Shown piece by piece: positions 49,691 through 62,230 of a stretch of DNA of 64,000 nucleotides. The notes under the pieces were generated by a model. The model saw nothing but the letters and a program-made list of their open reading frames with translations, was not told the origin of the DNA and searched no databases. A program made the translations under genes and the position numbers. The DNA is from Vicugna vicugna (Eukaryota). Where the stretch lies: assembly GCA_013265495.1 (NCBI GenBank), contig MU058009.1, forward strand, positions 3,739,780 through 3,803,779, in the 5' to 3' direction. Position 1 is the first letter of the stretch. Each line of letters starts with the position of its first letter.

Positions 49691-51469
49691 CTAACAATGA
49701 GTCGTCCCCAGAAACGACACTGACTGATGACACCAGGCACTGCCGGTGACCAGACGTGCCAGGACACAGACTGTGACCCGTGTGTGCGGAGGGAGAACAC
49801 AAACGCTCTAAATGATGGAACGTAAGAGACTGTGAAGGGGGTTCGGGACTGAGGGGGTCGCCCTCTGATAAGACAGTCAAACCCACCACGTCTTATTTAT
49901 TTGTGTTCAAGGAACTAGTCAGTGGAGTCCAGACAACAGCTTAGGTCCCGCGTCCACGAGCCCGAGTTTTGCTTATTGACAGCCAGCTCGTCTGTCCCCT
50001 GAGAAACATGATTCTGACGAGGAAGACCAGACGTGCTGCCCCGGCGGTCACTGCGGGGCTCCTGTGACGTGCAGGGCGGTGTGGTGGGTGGTCAGGAGGT
50101 GAAGCCGGGAGGGGCTCTGTGCGTGCACCTCCGAGGGACAGTCGTGGGCGTACGCCAGGGAGCGTGTCTGTCCCTAAAGAGACCACAGACCAGGACAAGG
50201 GAGCTACAGACGGGAACTGAAAGGGCTGTTTCCAGGGGGGACTTTGTGAGACATGCAGCCTGTGTTTGGGGACCCAAAGAGCAAAGAACAACATAGAGAC
50301 AGGGACGAAACATCCATCCAATCTCTCAGTGGAAGCATGGGAAGCAGCATAGGAGCCAGGAAAGCCACGTTTCCGAGGGGGGTGGCCATGGCCGTGGCCG
50401 TGGGCGGGGTAGGGGCCATCCTACTGCCATGTACAGGTGGGGACGCTAACAGAAGGCCAGGCGTGAGGACGGGAGGGGCCTTCCAGATGCAGACCCGTCA
50501 GTGGGGGAGATGTGACCGGAGTGCAAGTCCCTGTGGCTACGTCGGGGGTAAGAAGCCTGCCAGTCTTATCTGTTGAGGACAATGCAATCTCATGAGTGCC
50601 CACGGCTGGTGAGGACGGCAGAAGGAAAATAGAAACAGTGCAGTGAACGTGTGTTTTGTTTGTCTCCTCGTGTGCACAACCTCCCCCGAACAAGCGTGAA
50701 GGCTGAGGCCCAGGTCCCCAGCACGTCCTCCCCGGCGCGGGGACAGGAGGACCGGATCCATCTGTCTGCTGAGGACAGCCCGGGGTTCAAAATGACTCTG
50801 GAAGGAATGAACAAATAATTTATTTCTTGCTTGAAAAGTTAATTAATTTATGTGACTATCTTGTTTGTTATCTCTAACTTGACCAGAGTATTAAATTAGC
50901 CACTATTGATAGCCAAAAGTTTGCTGCCCAAACAGAATACAGATCGTTGCCTGTTCTGTGACAACACCGTTCGGAAAGCCCCGGAAAGCCCAGAGACAGA
51001 GGGAGGAAACACAGGGCCTCTGTCACCTCTGGCTCTCCCTCCGGGCCCCTAGGCCCTGTCATTTTCAGAAGCAGACGGGATGCAAATGCACGGCAGTGTC
51101 CTGACGTCCCCCAGGAGGTCCCCGTCCCAGCCCACCAGTGGCCATCTGTGTTGACCCTGCGGTTAATAAGGGAAGAAATCCAGCTGGCTCCCCTGGGACT
51201 GTCAGGCGGTTGGCATTTGTCTGTTGTAATCACGTTTTTGCGTTTGTCACTAAGACGTTGGTTGCCTTCCATTCAGGCCTTCTTGTTGGTACGTTGGCTT
51301 TCAAACTAGAGCTCTCCAAAGGAAGACGAAAGAAAGTGGGAAATGGGTATCCCAAAGCCTCTCAGAAAACGCCCCCCTCAGACACCCTCAGCGGGGCGGG
51401 GTGGGGTGCCACGAGCACACAGGCCCCCCCTAACTGGAATTTTACTGTGTAAATCATGCAGGGGAGGGG

Positions 51470-51720
51470 CCCTGGTATGTGGCAGTGTGGACACAGTGCA
51501 GAGTACGAAGTTTGCAACCCGAAGTTGGAGGTGAGTCCCGAGTCTATCGCGAGACAGCTGGGTGACCTTGGGAAAGTCACTCCACCTCTCTGAGCCTTGG
51601 CGCCTCCATCGTGTAGATGGCAGCACACATCCCAGGACTGTCTTGGGAATCAAATGAAGATTGACGTGAGGAGGTGACACCTTCTCACACACAAAGCCGT
51701 AGACAAATGTGGGTTATCAT
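51470..51720 (+). mobile_element. MIR SINE
   Basis: agctgggtgaccttgggaaagtcactccacctctctgagcct...ggactgtcttgggaatcaaatga. Confidence 0.8.
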
Positions 51721-53700
51721 TAAAGGGAGATCCTTCCAGCTGTTCGGTGCTGAGAAGCACTTGGCGAAAGTCTAAGACGGACACCACGCCGGACGCCAAA
51801 TTCTATTTTCCACAAATCATGTTAGAGCATCCATGTGCCTCCATTTAAAATTCCACCTTCCACTGCTTGCATATTTAAATGGAAGTGTATTTGGATGGCA
51901 GCGTGCGTGGAGCCAGACAGCAGTAACTAAATACACAAACAGTCAGCAGCGGGGCAAGCCCCGGTCCGTAGGAGGCTGCAGAGCGCCTGCAGGGACGCCA
52001 GCGGGGAGCGGTGACTCTGACGGTCCTCCTGCTCCCGCGCGTCGCCCTCCGGGCCAGCGCTCCGTTCAGCACACAGCGCGTCTGTAGGTGGTGGGAGGAG
52101 CCAGCGGTGTGTGTGTGTTGGATTTGTCCTTTTCGCCTCCTGCTTCGCCTCCGCCACAGAAAAGCCTCGCGTTGGACGGGATGAAACGGAGGGCGCTCCC
52201 TGCAGTTCAGACCTGGGTCCCCACAGCCACTCTGCTTTGACAGAGGTAGCGGAAGACTCTCAATTCTGTCTGCGGAAGAGGTGACGGGCGAAGTCGGGGT
52301 GTCTTGGCCCCAGTCTTCCCTTGGGGCCCCCTGTGCTCTGCTCAGGGGCACAGTCCTCCACCTGTGCCTGGACGGCACGGCGCAGAGTTCATCTTCCCAG
52401 CCCGCGGGGCGATTCCCTGGTGAGGTCCGGTCTGGGCAGCCTCTCCATCGGTGTCCTGCCCGTTTCTCACGGACCAGCTCACCCGGCACAGATGCCAGGG
52501 GCAGCGTGGATTGTGTCTCTGGACTTAGAAGACCGCCGACCAGCTCCGTGGTCTAAAGCACGTGGCTTTAGTGTTCCCACCGACAAAATGGACCAAGTGC
52601 CGTTCACCTCACAGACTAGTTCTGAGCATTTAACGGGGAACCCCAAATACTGAGCCAGGACGGCGTCCGCCACCTTGTAAGCCCCGGGCATCACGGGAGG
52701 AAGGCCCTGCCGGCCGCGCCAGCTTGACGGCTCTTCCCCACGTAGCCTCGCGGCCCTGCGGCGTGTCTGCACCACTTGTGAGCTCCTCGCTTTATCTGCC
52801 GTTTCATGAGTGCCCGCCTCTGAGGGTCTAGGAGTCACGCCCACGTACACTTGCCGAGCACGCGGAGCACTTAACATTTTGCTGAGCAAAGGGCAGACAT
52901 TTAACACATGGTTGATGCGAACACAGGTCTATTTCCCTCACGCCCAGCGGGCTCGCGCCGTCAGACAGCCGCGCCTGCTCCTGGGGAAGGGCCCCGCGGC
53001 CTGAGCGGGGGGCCGGCGCTCGCTGGACGGCCCGCGCCGCGGCTTGCGGGAGGCCTTCCCCGGTTCTCGCTCACCCCGTCCCGCTTGCCCACCGCGAGCC
53101 AGGGCGCTGGCAGGTGGTGCTGGGGGCCCAGGCAGCGGGGGCCCCTCCACAAGCCCACAGATGAGCGGGCTCCAGGCACTGGTCTGCTGTAAGACAGAAA
53201 CAAAGCAGAAACTAGCAGTGATTGAAAGCACTAGAGACCTCCATAACCTGAAGCCCTGGTGGTACGTAATAGTAACCCGCTCTTTATTACGTTGACCCGC
53301 CATTAAAGCTAGAAAGCTACCGACTGGGAGCCTCTGCACCGTCTTTTGAGCTTGTCTCTTGTGCAGAAGGCAACCGTGTGAAGAAATCACTTCATTTAAA
53401 AAAAATACTCATGTTCTGTTGTAGTGTGCTTGATGCCGTGTTCTCTGAAGATGAGCAGGTCCCTCTACAGGCATGGGCTACGCCAGAGGCCAGATGCAGG
53501 TGTGGGGGGTCCCCCAGTAGGGTCCCCCCGGGTGGGTCACAGGGCGCCCCCTGCAGACCAGCGGTGACTTTCTGGTTCCATTTCTGTAACGGGCAGAGGA
53601 AGGAACAGAAATCTTCAGAATTCAGAGTCGACCGAGCTATGGAAGACAGTGCGTTTGCATCATGGGATGCATAGAAATCAGTCCTCCGGAGACGTCTCCC

Positions 53701-53759
53701 AGGGGAGGGGAGGAAGGAGGGGAGAGAGGGAGAGAGGAAGGGAGGGAGGAAGAAAAGAA
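53701..53759. repeat. Polypurine low-complexity tract
   Basis: aggggaggggaggaaggaggggagagagggagagaggaagggagggaggaagaaaagaa. Confidence 0.8.
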
Positions 53760-53766
53760 TCATATA

Positions 53767-53960
53767 CTTTTTTTTTGAGAAACTGTCTTTGAGCATAACA
53801 TACACACAGCCAATTTCCAGAAAGTCCGCTCAATGCAGTGTCACAAACTGAATGCACCCAGATGGCCAGCACTCAGATCAAGGACCAGCACGCAGCACAC
53901 CAGAAGCCCCGCACCATTTACGGTCACAACTCCACCCATCCCCAGGAGCTGATCCCCTCC
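53767..53960 (-). mobile_element. Old L1 3' end (L1ME/L1MD-like)
   Basis: T tail then gagcataacatacacacag...tcacaaactgaatgcaccc...ccagcactcagatcaag...ccagaagcccc. Confidence 0.7.
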
Positions 53961-56900
53961 TCGGCCCCCGGCTCGGGGGTGTCTCCTCGCCAGCTTGCTT
54001 GAGGGGGGTCTTGGAGAGCCTTCTCCACGGTGGCCGGCGCCTCCTGGTTCCTGCTGTGCCGTGACAACCACTCCTGCAGCCGCGTCCTCGCTCGCCGTTC
54101 TCAGTGCTGGGGAGAAGCCCCTTACGTGAGTCTGCTACAGCCTGGGGATCGCGGTGTCAGAGGTTCACAGAAGAGGGAAAGGTTTAAAAAGTTGAAGACA
54201 TGCACAGACTACACCTATTAGAATGCAGCGAGGAAGACCTGAATTGTCTCAAGGCACTTACACGCCTTCAGCCGTTTCTTTGCAGCAACCAGTAATGACG
54301 CTGCGCTCACAACTAGAAAGACTGCAAATGGCCGTGAATTACCCTCTCATAGATGCTGACGCCTGGTTGTTCTGGTGAAGAGCTCTAGCTGGCCACCAAG
54401 ATGAGTGGGGAAGCGTGTGACAGGCATGCAGTCATGGAACCGCAGGTGTGAGGCACTTAGCTGTCCATCCGAACGTGGCGGCTCACCTCAGTCGCGGGCA
54501 GGGCTTCCCTGGGCAGAAATGCTCAGGCTTCAAAATGCTGGTTTGGAAACTTCCAGTAGGTAGAGTGACCGCAGGCACTGCCAGCCTGGCCAGCCTGACG
54601 TGGGAGACAACTTCCTATCACTTAGGTGATCGGGATGCAATCAGAGAACCAGCCCGTGGGGAGGGCTCCGGGACAGCCCAGCCTTACTCCCCGCCTGTGG
54701 CGGATGAGCAGCCTTCCCTCCTGGCACGGTCCTCCTCGCGGAAGCAGTTGTCATCCTCTGCTTCTTAGTTTGCTGAGAAAGCAGAAATGTGTAAATAAAT
54801 AACCAGTCCAGCTCCCTTCTCAGAATTCCTGCCTCCGCCTGGCCCTCACCAGGGAAGCCACCTAGCGGGTTACCGCTTCCCGGGCCGAAGCTCCGAGGGA
54901 TCTCTGAGCTCATCTCCCGCCCTGCGCCCGGCGGAAAGATAATGAGGTGTGGGGCGCGGGCCTGTTTGACAAGCCAGTCTCTCCAGCAGAAGAGCCGAGA
55001 GGCTCAGGGGCTGGGATTGGAGATTAATTAATGCTGAAAGACACAGTTTGATGTGGCAATGAAATTCCGATTATAATAATCTCTAATTATCTTGTACCAC
55101 GAGTGACCTGACGCTCCCAGGTGTTTCTTCTTGGTTGGAAATTGCCGTTTGTGCGTGAGATAAAGCAGACTGCATTTTTGGGGGGAGGGGGTGAGAGTGG
55201 GAAGAGCGCACACGCCGCCCTGCTTGTCGAGTTCCTCTGAGGAAGGTGAACCTGGCGCTAGGATTGTGTAAGAAGTGTGACCGAGGGAAGAGGAAGAGAA
55301 CAGTGATGAGTCAAACTGGACCAGAGTCCTTCTTTCTTGGCCACTGGCTGCCAGCGAAAGCCTCCTTTCCTAGCCTGTGCCCCCTCTGTGGCCGCTGGAG
55401 CAAGGGTTCCTAGTGGGGGACAAATGAAGACACAGTAGCTGTGTCTGCAAGGCCACGTGGACCATTCAAGGCGGGAGACTGCCGTTCTGACTCAGTTTCT
55501 CGGGAGGTGCGGAGGGAACTGCCGAAACCCGCCTTCTGGAGGAACGTGGAGGGCACGCTGCACACTCTGACGTCAGCAGGCCAGGAGGAGAAGGGCCCCT
55601 CACCTCTGCACGTCCCCGCGGGGACCACTTCCCACTCAGGGCGACAGTTCAGGCTGTGTTCAGCCCACAGCACGCACTGTGTGGCCACGGGAGAGGTCCT
55701 CAGCGTCCCGATGGCTGTTTTTCCGCGCACAACGCACAAAACGTGGGGAATGTGAGTTATTCATACGTCACGAGGAGCATTTTAACGCGAAAGTGTGTTT
55801 GGTGTGCAGCAAGTGCTTCGTAAACATCCTTGTTACCGAGAATGTCTTAACCGTTCCCGGATCCTTTGCCCGAGCACACAGACATTTGAGAAGCTTTAGG
55901 CAGAGTCGTGAGTGTGTGTGTGGATTGGCACTGACCACTCATCTGTTTTATTTTGGGCCTGCCTCCTAGTCAAACGTCAGATACCTCAGTGGTGCCCCTG
56001 CCTGTCATCCCCACACCTGGTCCTAATTAACCCGCTCTCTACGGGAATCACTGCCTCCCTCTGAATCTCATTATGTGTCCGGGGTGTTGCTGGTCCCTCC
56101 ACACCAAGGCTGTCTGTGAGTTGAAGTCTGGGAAAGGCCTTTATCCTTGGAGACATACAATTAAAAGAGTAGGCTGATGTACTGTCAAAGTTTTACAGCA
56201 AAATCAAAAGAGGACCCTGAGGAATTGCTGCACCCTTAAAGCAGAGGCCAGTGTCCAGCTGGAGAGATGAGCTGTGTGCCTGAGAGCCGGGGATGTGGAA
56301 CGAAGGGAAGCAGTAAAAGGCGATGGACAGGGGTCCTGCCAGGGGCTGGTCAGTGACTCATTTTGGGGGGCATCTGGTGCAAGACGTGGGAGGGCTGGGA
56401 CCGAGTTGAAGGGAGAAGCAACAGACAGAGCGTCCCAGCCTGTTGCCTAGCTGCCTGCTAGGCTCACGGGCTGTGGGGAGAGAGATCTCGGGCAGTGTCC
56501 TTGTGAAGCTTGTAACTGGGAGCTCAGGGACATTTTCTATCATCCTTTTAAATGAAGATGACAGAGGTCTTCCTTCCCAGGGACTTAATAATGGATTCAA
56601 TGAAGAGTAAAGCCATGTGGCTGCAAATACATTAAAGGTTTTTTTTTTTTTTTTATCTTTAGAACCAGTGCAGAATGCCTAAGTCATTTCATGCAAGGTT
56701 CTTTCAGTCTGATCATTTCTGGTCGTGCCTGAATGGAGCCCAGTTTCAACCTAAGCCCAGGGAAGGTATCTCACTCCTTGCCCTCCACCCTTCCAAGTCT
56801 GCATGGCTGCCCAGCCTCTGAAATGGTCTCCTGCTTAGAAATGTTTGGCATCCTTGGCTGAGGGACACCTGCTTTCTGAGCAGAGAGTTTTGAGAACAGG

Positions 56901-57212
56901 CAGCTCTGTGGCGAGGAAATGTACCCATACTGGTACCCATACATTGAATAACTGGCTGGCTGGGGAGGATGGGGCATGCGGCTGCCTCTCGCTCACACTT
57001 AGCTGCTTACAATTGCTTCTACTGATGGAAGCCCCAGGAAGAAAGCAGCTCGCTTACAAGAAACACCCTAGAGGATGCACGGATACACGCACGTTATTTC
57101 AAAATGGGATATTTACATTTGGCTGCTTTGGCTGAACAAAGGACAGAACATTACTTGTGTTCTGTTAGACCCACACCCTGCGTGCAAGAGTAAACTTGGC
57201 TTTTGGAAGGAG

Positions 57213-57600
57213 GTCTATCAGTTAACACTAGGTTTAGCTGCAAGCAGTAGAAATCTGAAAAAGAATGGCTTAAACAATACAGCATTCCATTTTTCATATG
57301 TAAAATTTTAAAGGTAGGCAGTGCAGGGCTGCTTGGTGGTACTCTGTGGTCAACCAGGGCCAGTACTTCTCTTCACCCTTCAAGAATGACTCTTGGCCGC
57401 ATGGTCTCAGCCAGAGCTCCAGCCATCACATAATTCACCTTCCAAGCAGCACAGAGAAAAGGGGGGCCGTGAACCAGCTATGTTTTAGCACAATTCCTGG
57501 AAGCTTCCACACGACCCTTCCGCTGGCTGGAACTCAATCACATCTAATGACAAAGGAGGTTCACTAAAAACGGATGACTCTGTGAAGGTCAGGGTGGGTA
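57213..57600 (-). mobile_element. MaLR LTR (MLT1J/K-like)
   Basis: tatcagtta..ctaggtttagctgcaagcagtagaaa...tggcttaaacaa...ggtaggcagtgcagggctg...agctccagccatcacat. Confidence 0.7.
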
Positions 57601-58459
57601 CTGAGATAGAACATTGACAACATCCCTGTGGATCAGGAGAAATCCATTACATTTAATATCCGAAAATCTGATATTCCCAGGAGGAGATGGTTCTCAATTT
57701 TTTTCTCTCTTCTAAGCCCCGATCTAATCTCTTGTGATTAATCTCAGCCTCAGAGATTTGGGTAAGCCCCTTTAAATTGACTCTAGGGGAACTCTTGGAG
57801 ATCTTTGGGTTTGTGTGACTCTTCCAAGTCCTCAGCATTGCCCTTTTCCATACTTTGTTTGAGTTGAGTGAAAATCTTCGTGTGGTCCGAGTTTACCAGA
57901 CTGATGATCAGTTCCTCAAATTAGCTTCTCATTCCTCAGCATTTATCCTGCGTGCGCAGACCAGACAGCTTGGTGACGAAAATGAAATCTGCGGTCAGAG
58001 AACAAGAGTCGAGGGCTCTGCGTACGTGATCCAGTAGGCGCTTCAGGAAACGTGGGTCTCGTCTTCGTCACATCCCTCCTGGGCCAGATCAGAATAATCG
58101 CCTTCTGCGCTGGGATCTCTTGGAGGTTAATTAGTTATCTGGATTGCAGGTTGAGCCTTTTATTGAATATTTTTCTCTCTTTATCTCTGGTACATTACAT
58201 GAAATTTTAACTAGGGTTTGTTAGGGATTTAGAGATTTTTCCCTTCGAAAGCCTAATGTTTAATGATAACTTTGTAAAATTATTCTTCAGAGCGAGGGAG
58301 CAAGTTTGGATAAAAAATATTAAAAGTAAAACCATGCTTTCAGAACCCAAATGCTTCCCCAAGTTTTCGTTGACTGTCCCACAGTGGCCAGCCTGCTTCT
58401 CAGTATCCTCCAGTCAACTCTGTTCTATTGTTCAGAGTGAAATCGAGTAACTGAGGAAG

Positions 58460-58670
58460 CGCAGCAGAGTGGGTAAGGATTCAGGGATGTGTTTGGAAAT
58501 ACTATCAGATTTCTGCAAGGCTCTGGTTCCTCTGACAAGCTGCTTAACCTCTCTGATTTTTAGATTTTTTTACCTGTAAAAACCACCATAATAATAATAC
58601 TTAGTGTGGGATACTGTGAAAAGTTTATGAGACAATGTGTGGACTGTGCTTAGCTTACTGCGTGCTCAGT
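58460..58670 (+). mobile_element. MIR SINE
   Basis: gcagcagagtgggtaagga...gacaagctgcttaacctctctga...cctgtaaaa...ataataatac. Confidence 0.7.
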
Positions 58671-59049
58671 AAATTCTGTGCATGTGTGTGCGCGTCGTGA
58701 ATGAACTTCCTGCCAACAGTACACAGACAGAGGTCCATGATGTTAAAATGTTTTCAAAACCAAGACGGACTTTTATTTGTTTTTATTTATTATCATTGTT
58801 TTATCAAGATGGATTTTTAAATCACAACGTGTTTTTTTTCCCCTAAAAGTTCCCTCTAACGTTAGTAAAAGCAATTACAATCATTAAGATATCGGATTCT
58901 TTTTTTAAATTACATGTTTTCACTACAGACAGTAGCAATTGACTCCCAATGAAAAAGATATGGAAATAAGACTGTAATGTTCCCTCCCACTTTCCCGTTA
59001 ATTATGTCATTATTTTTCCATTGTCATTCACGCTTGTTACAACATTTTC

Positions 59050-59900
59050 CATCATTGTTTGTTCCTAGTTATGAATTTAAATGCATTGGAGTTACACCTC
59101 CAAGGAGTCCTTCATCTCCTTTGCTCCCCTGTGACTGGCTCCCACCTTCACACAAGTTTAAGCATGGCTGCTAGTGCTTTTAAGGCAACCTGGCTGCATA
59201 ATATTCTGGGCTCAGATTTGATTTTCCTCAAATTACAGTAAATTCTAATCCCGTATCATCTAGTATTGATTGTTACATGGGAGAAGTCTGAGGTGAGCTT
59301 GTATGTTTTGTTTTTTTCTGGTGACTTCTTCCTTTATCCTCAATGCTACGTGCCGTGACAGGACACGCTTCAGTCATTCTGAAACAATTGCTCCGGGAAA
59401 CTTTTTTGATCTGTAGATTCAGTCATTCTTTTATTTCAGGGCTATTCTGTATTACAGAGTTGAACACCTTTTCAGTGCATTTATTAGGTTTTTTTGGTCC
59501 AGAGAGACCCCTTTTTCTTGTTGGATTCCCTCCACAGTCATCATCTCCTCTTTACTTTCTTCAAATGCTCTGTCCTTTTCCCTCAGTACTAAGATTATCC
59601 CAAGTCTTCCCTCTTCAGTTATGCCAGGAACTGAAAGGCCCATGATGTCTCCCTTGTAGTAATGGTCCCAACTGCCTTGTCCTGAAACCAGCCTTGGTTT
59701 GGGTCTTAGATCCACAGTCTTACATTTTCATCTCAGTTCACTGTTTTCCAGTAATTCCTTTAGTTCTTATTTTGCATTTGTTCTCTCGTCAAGTCACCGT
59801 ACAACAGAAAGCCCTCATGGAGGGTGTTCTCACGCATTTGAAATGAGGTTTTCTTCCAAACAGGGTTCTTCACTGAATGCGAACAAAATTCCTTTATTTC
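59050..59900 (-). mobile_element. Very old L1/HAL1 ORF1-like relic
   Basis: tggctgcataatattctgggctcaga...gagaagtctgagg...gatctgtagattcagtcattcttttatttcaggg resemble reverse ORF1-region sequence; T-rich. Confidence 0.45.
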
Positions 59901-59955
59901 TCATTTGTTCTTTTTCTGTGTTTATTTACTTATTTTTCTACATCTACTTGTATCT

Positions 59956-60200
59956 TTTTAAATTTTTTATTTTTGATTGAAGTGTAGTTGATTTACAATG
60001 TTCATTTCTGGTGTACCACAAAGCGGTTCAGTTATATATATACTTCAGATTCATTTGCATTATAGCCAGTTACGAGAAATTGAATATAGCTCCGCGTGCT
60101 ATACAGGTGGTCCTTGTTGCCTATCTGTTTTGTATGTGGTGACGTGTGTCCGTTAATCCCAAACTCCTGAGTTATTTTTTCCCTCTTTGCTCTTCGTAAT
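59956..60200 (-). mobile_element. L1 3' UTR fragment (cetartiodactyl type)
   Basis: ttttgattgaagtgtagttgatttacaatg...ttgaatatagctccgcgtgctatacag..ggtccttgttg...gttaatcccaaactcct. Confidence 0.85.
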
Positions 60201-60803
60201 ATATTTGCAGGGCTGCCGTACCACTTCCCTGCATCTCGAGCATTCTCAGGCAGCCCTGCACAGCCCGCCTGCTTGTCCTGGCAGTCTCTCCCCGTTGCTT
60301 CCCAAACCTGTGCAGAGAGACGTGATCGGTGTTCCCTCCCAGCTCTCACGGCCGGAGGGCTCAGCGAGGGAAGAAGGCCAATGCGTCCACTTGAAGTATC
60401 TCTTAATAATTGGGCTCCGATGTATCCTCTCATATTTTGTTAGATGTGCATTCCCAAGGGGGCTACCGGGAACTCGGGAGTACCTCATTTCGAACCTCAA
60501 CGTCTTCCTTCAGTCAGCAGGTAGCGGACCCTTGCTGTGAGGCTGCTGTTTCCTCTTCACCCATTTTCCAAGCTCGCCTGTACTGTGGACTTCAAACAGA
60601 ACTTCAGGTCTGGGGCATTGAATTAAAAGTGAACCTCACAAAACTGATCATTATGGCTTCATGCAATCTCTGAAACGCAGAGTTGTCTGTACGTTTATTA
60701 AGAGTGTCCTGTTGTTCCAAACTTTTAAAGGAAGAGTTTGAATTGGATGTATATCCTTTTGCGTTTCACCCAAGTTTCTCTCTCCCTCCCTCCCTGTCTC
60801 TTG

Positions 60804-60822
60804 CACACACACACACACACAC
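60804..60822. repeat. (CA)n microsatellite
   Basis: cacacacacacacacacac. Confidence 0.85.
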
Positions 60823-61699
60823 TTACAGCCATGCAGATCTGAAGAGCAAACAGCTGGACAGAAAACCTGTTTTGGTCTTCCTAATGAATCAGAACTCCTG
60901 CCGTGGAGATGACTTTCAGAACTGCGCAGGGAGGGGCTTCGTGCCTCATGGGGTGTGCCGCTCAGCCAGCGCGCATTAAGAAGGGGAAAATGAGACAGCC
61001 CGAAGTGGTGAATGTCCAAAGCAGCCCAGCTCCTTCTCCGCAAGGCAGGGTTGAAAACCCCCGTGAGCTGTTTTGGGTTGCAGATCTGTTTGCAAATGAG
61101 CTTGGAGCACACTGGGTAAACCGGGATGGTTGGTAAATTCTCTTTCACTTCACCAGCGAGCGGAAAAAGCATTGGATAATATGTTATGAGTTGTAGATCT
61201 GTTTGATTGCATTGTTGCAAAGTGGGAATTGTTTTGCAACATAGATTCTTAATCACTGAGGCATCTATGATTGAATGCGTCGAAAATTGGCTGAAATTGA
61301 AAGTTAACTATACTGCAGACAGCTTATTCTGGTGTATAATTGAAAATAAATTCTAATAACTCTTCTCGAAAGAGCTGCTCAGAGGAAATTTTAGCCCCCT
61401 GAAAAAAATGCCTTCTCAAAGAGTCTCTTCCTCTGCACAATATAGTGACGCTTATAAAGCTCTCTCTGAGCCTGAACCAGTGTTTCTGTGATTTCAGTGC
61501 ACTGACCGCAAACGTGTGGCTGTTGAACACCTGTAAACTTGTTTTGCAGTGTGTTTCCCAAGGCTTTATGCTAGAGAGCTCTTACCATTTCTCTTTGAAA
61601 TCACTTTAGGATCATTTTACACAAGGACAACCCAGGAAGGGAAAAAAAAACAAAACAAAAAAAAAGAGGAGAAAACAGTGTGTTTTTCATCAAACCACC

Positions 61700-61860
61700 T
61701 AAGTTTGGATCCTGGCTCCAGTCTTTACCGTGTGCCATTGGCAACTCAGTTTAATCCGAGCTTCAGCTTCTATCTCTGTGAAATGAGTTTAATAATATAA
61801 TGTTCCCTGCTTGGTGTAGTTCTTGTAAATATGAGAAATAATACATTTATGTGAACAGTC
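61700..61860 (+). mobile_element. MIR SINE
   Basis: cctaagtttggatcctggctcc...ttggcaactcagtttaat..gagcttcagcttc..tctgtgaaatgag..taataata. Confidence 0.7.
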
Positions 61861-62084
61861 TCTTGTGCAGAGCTGGCCCTCCACACAGTGCAGAAATTAC
61901 ACATGGGCATGTGCAAAGACACCTGAAGTCTATGTACTGATACAGCGATCATTCACACAGTCATATCTTGCTTAAATATTTACCCAGTTCTGCACAACCA
62001 CAGGCAGCAATTCAGTAGCAGAATTGGGAGCTGCTATCTAACCCCACCTGGGAGAGAGGTTTATCACTCTACTCCTGGGTTGAG

Positions 62085-62230
62085 AAGGACCAGGGTTCCA
62101 ATCCTGACCCGGATATTAACCTCTCCAAGCCGCATTTTTTCCATTTGTAAAACTGAAATAATAACTTCATACATTTCACTGGGCTGTGGTCAGTGTTAAA
62201 TAAACTAATGCCAAGCACTTGTCATATATT
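62085..62230 (+). mobile_element. MIR SINE
   Basis: cagggttccaatcctga...ttaacctctccaagcc...ccatttgtaaaactgaaataataac...gggctgtgg. Confidence 0.7.

Noticed and set aside
51737..51753. REST/RE1-like site
   Set aside because: Half-sites lack the canonical 2-bp spacer and one is mismatched.
5409..56360. Scattered isolated TGA(C/G)TCA AP-1 sites
   Set aside because: About eight are expected by chance in 64 kb; only the clustered ARE at 6959 was kept.
60651..61256. 201-aa minus-strand ORF in the candidate CNE
   Set aside because: Runs through a (CA)n microsatellite, non-ATG start, no recognisable protein.
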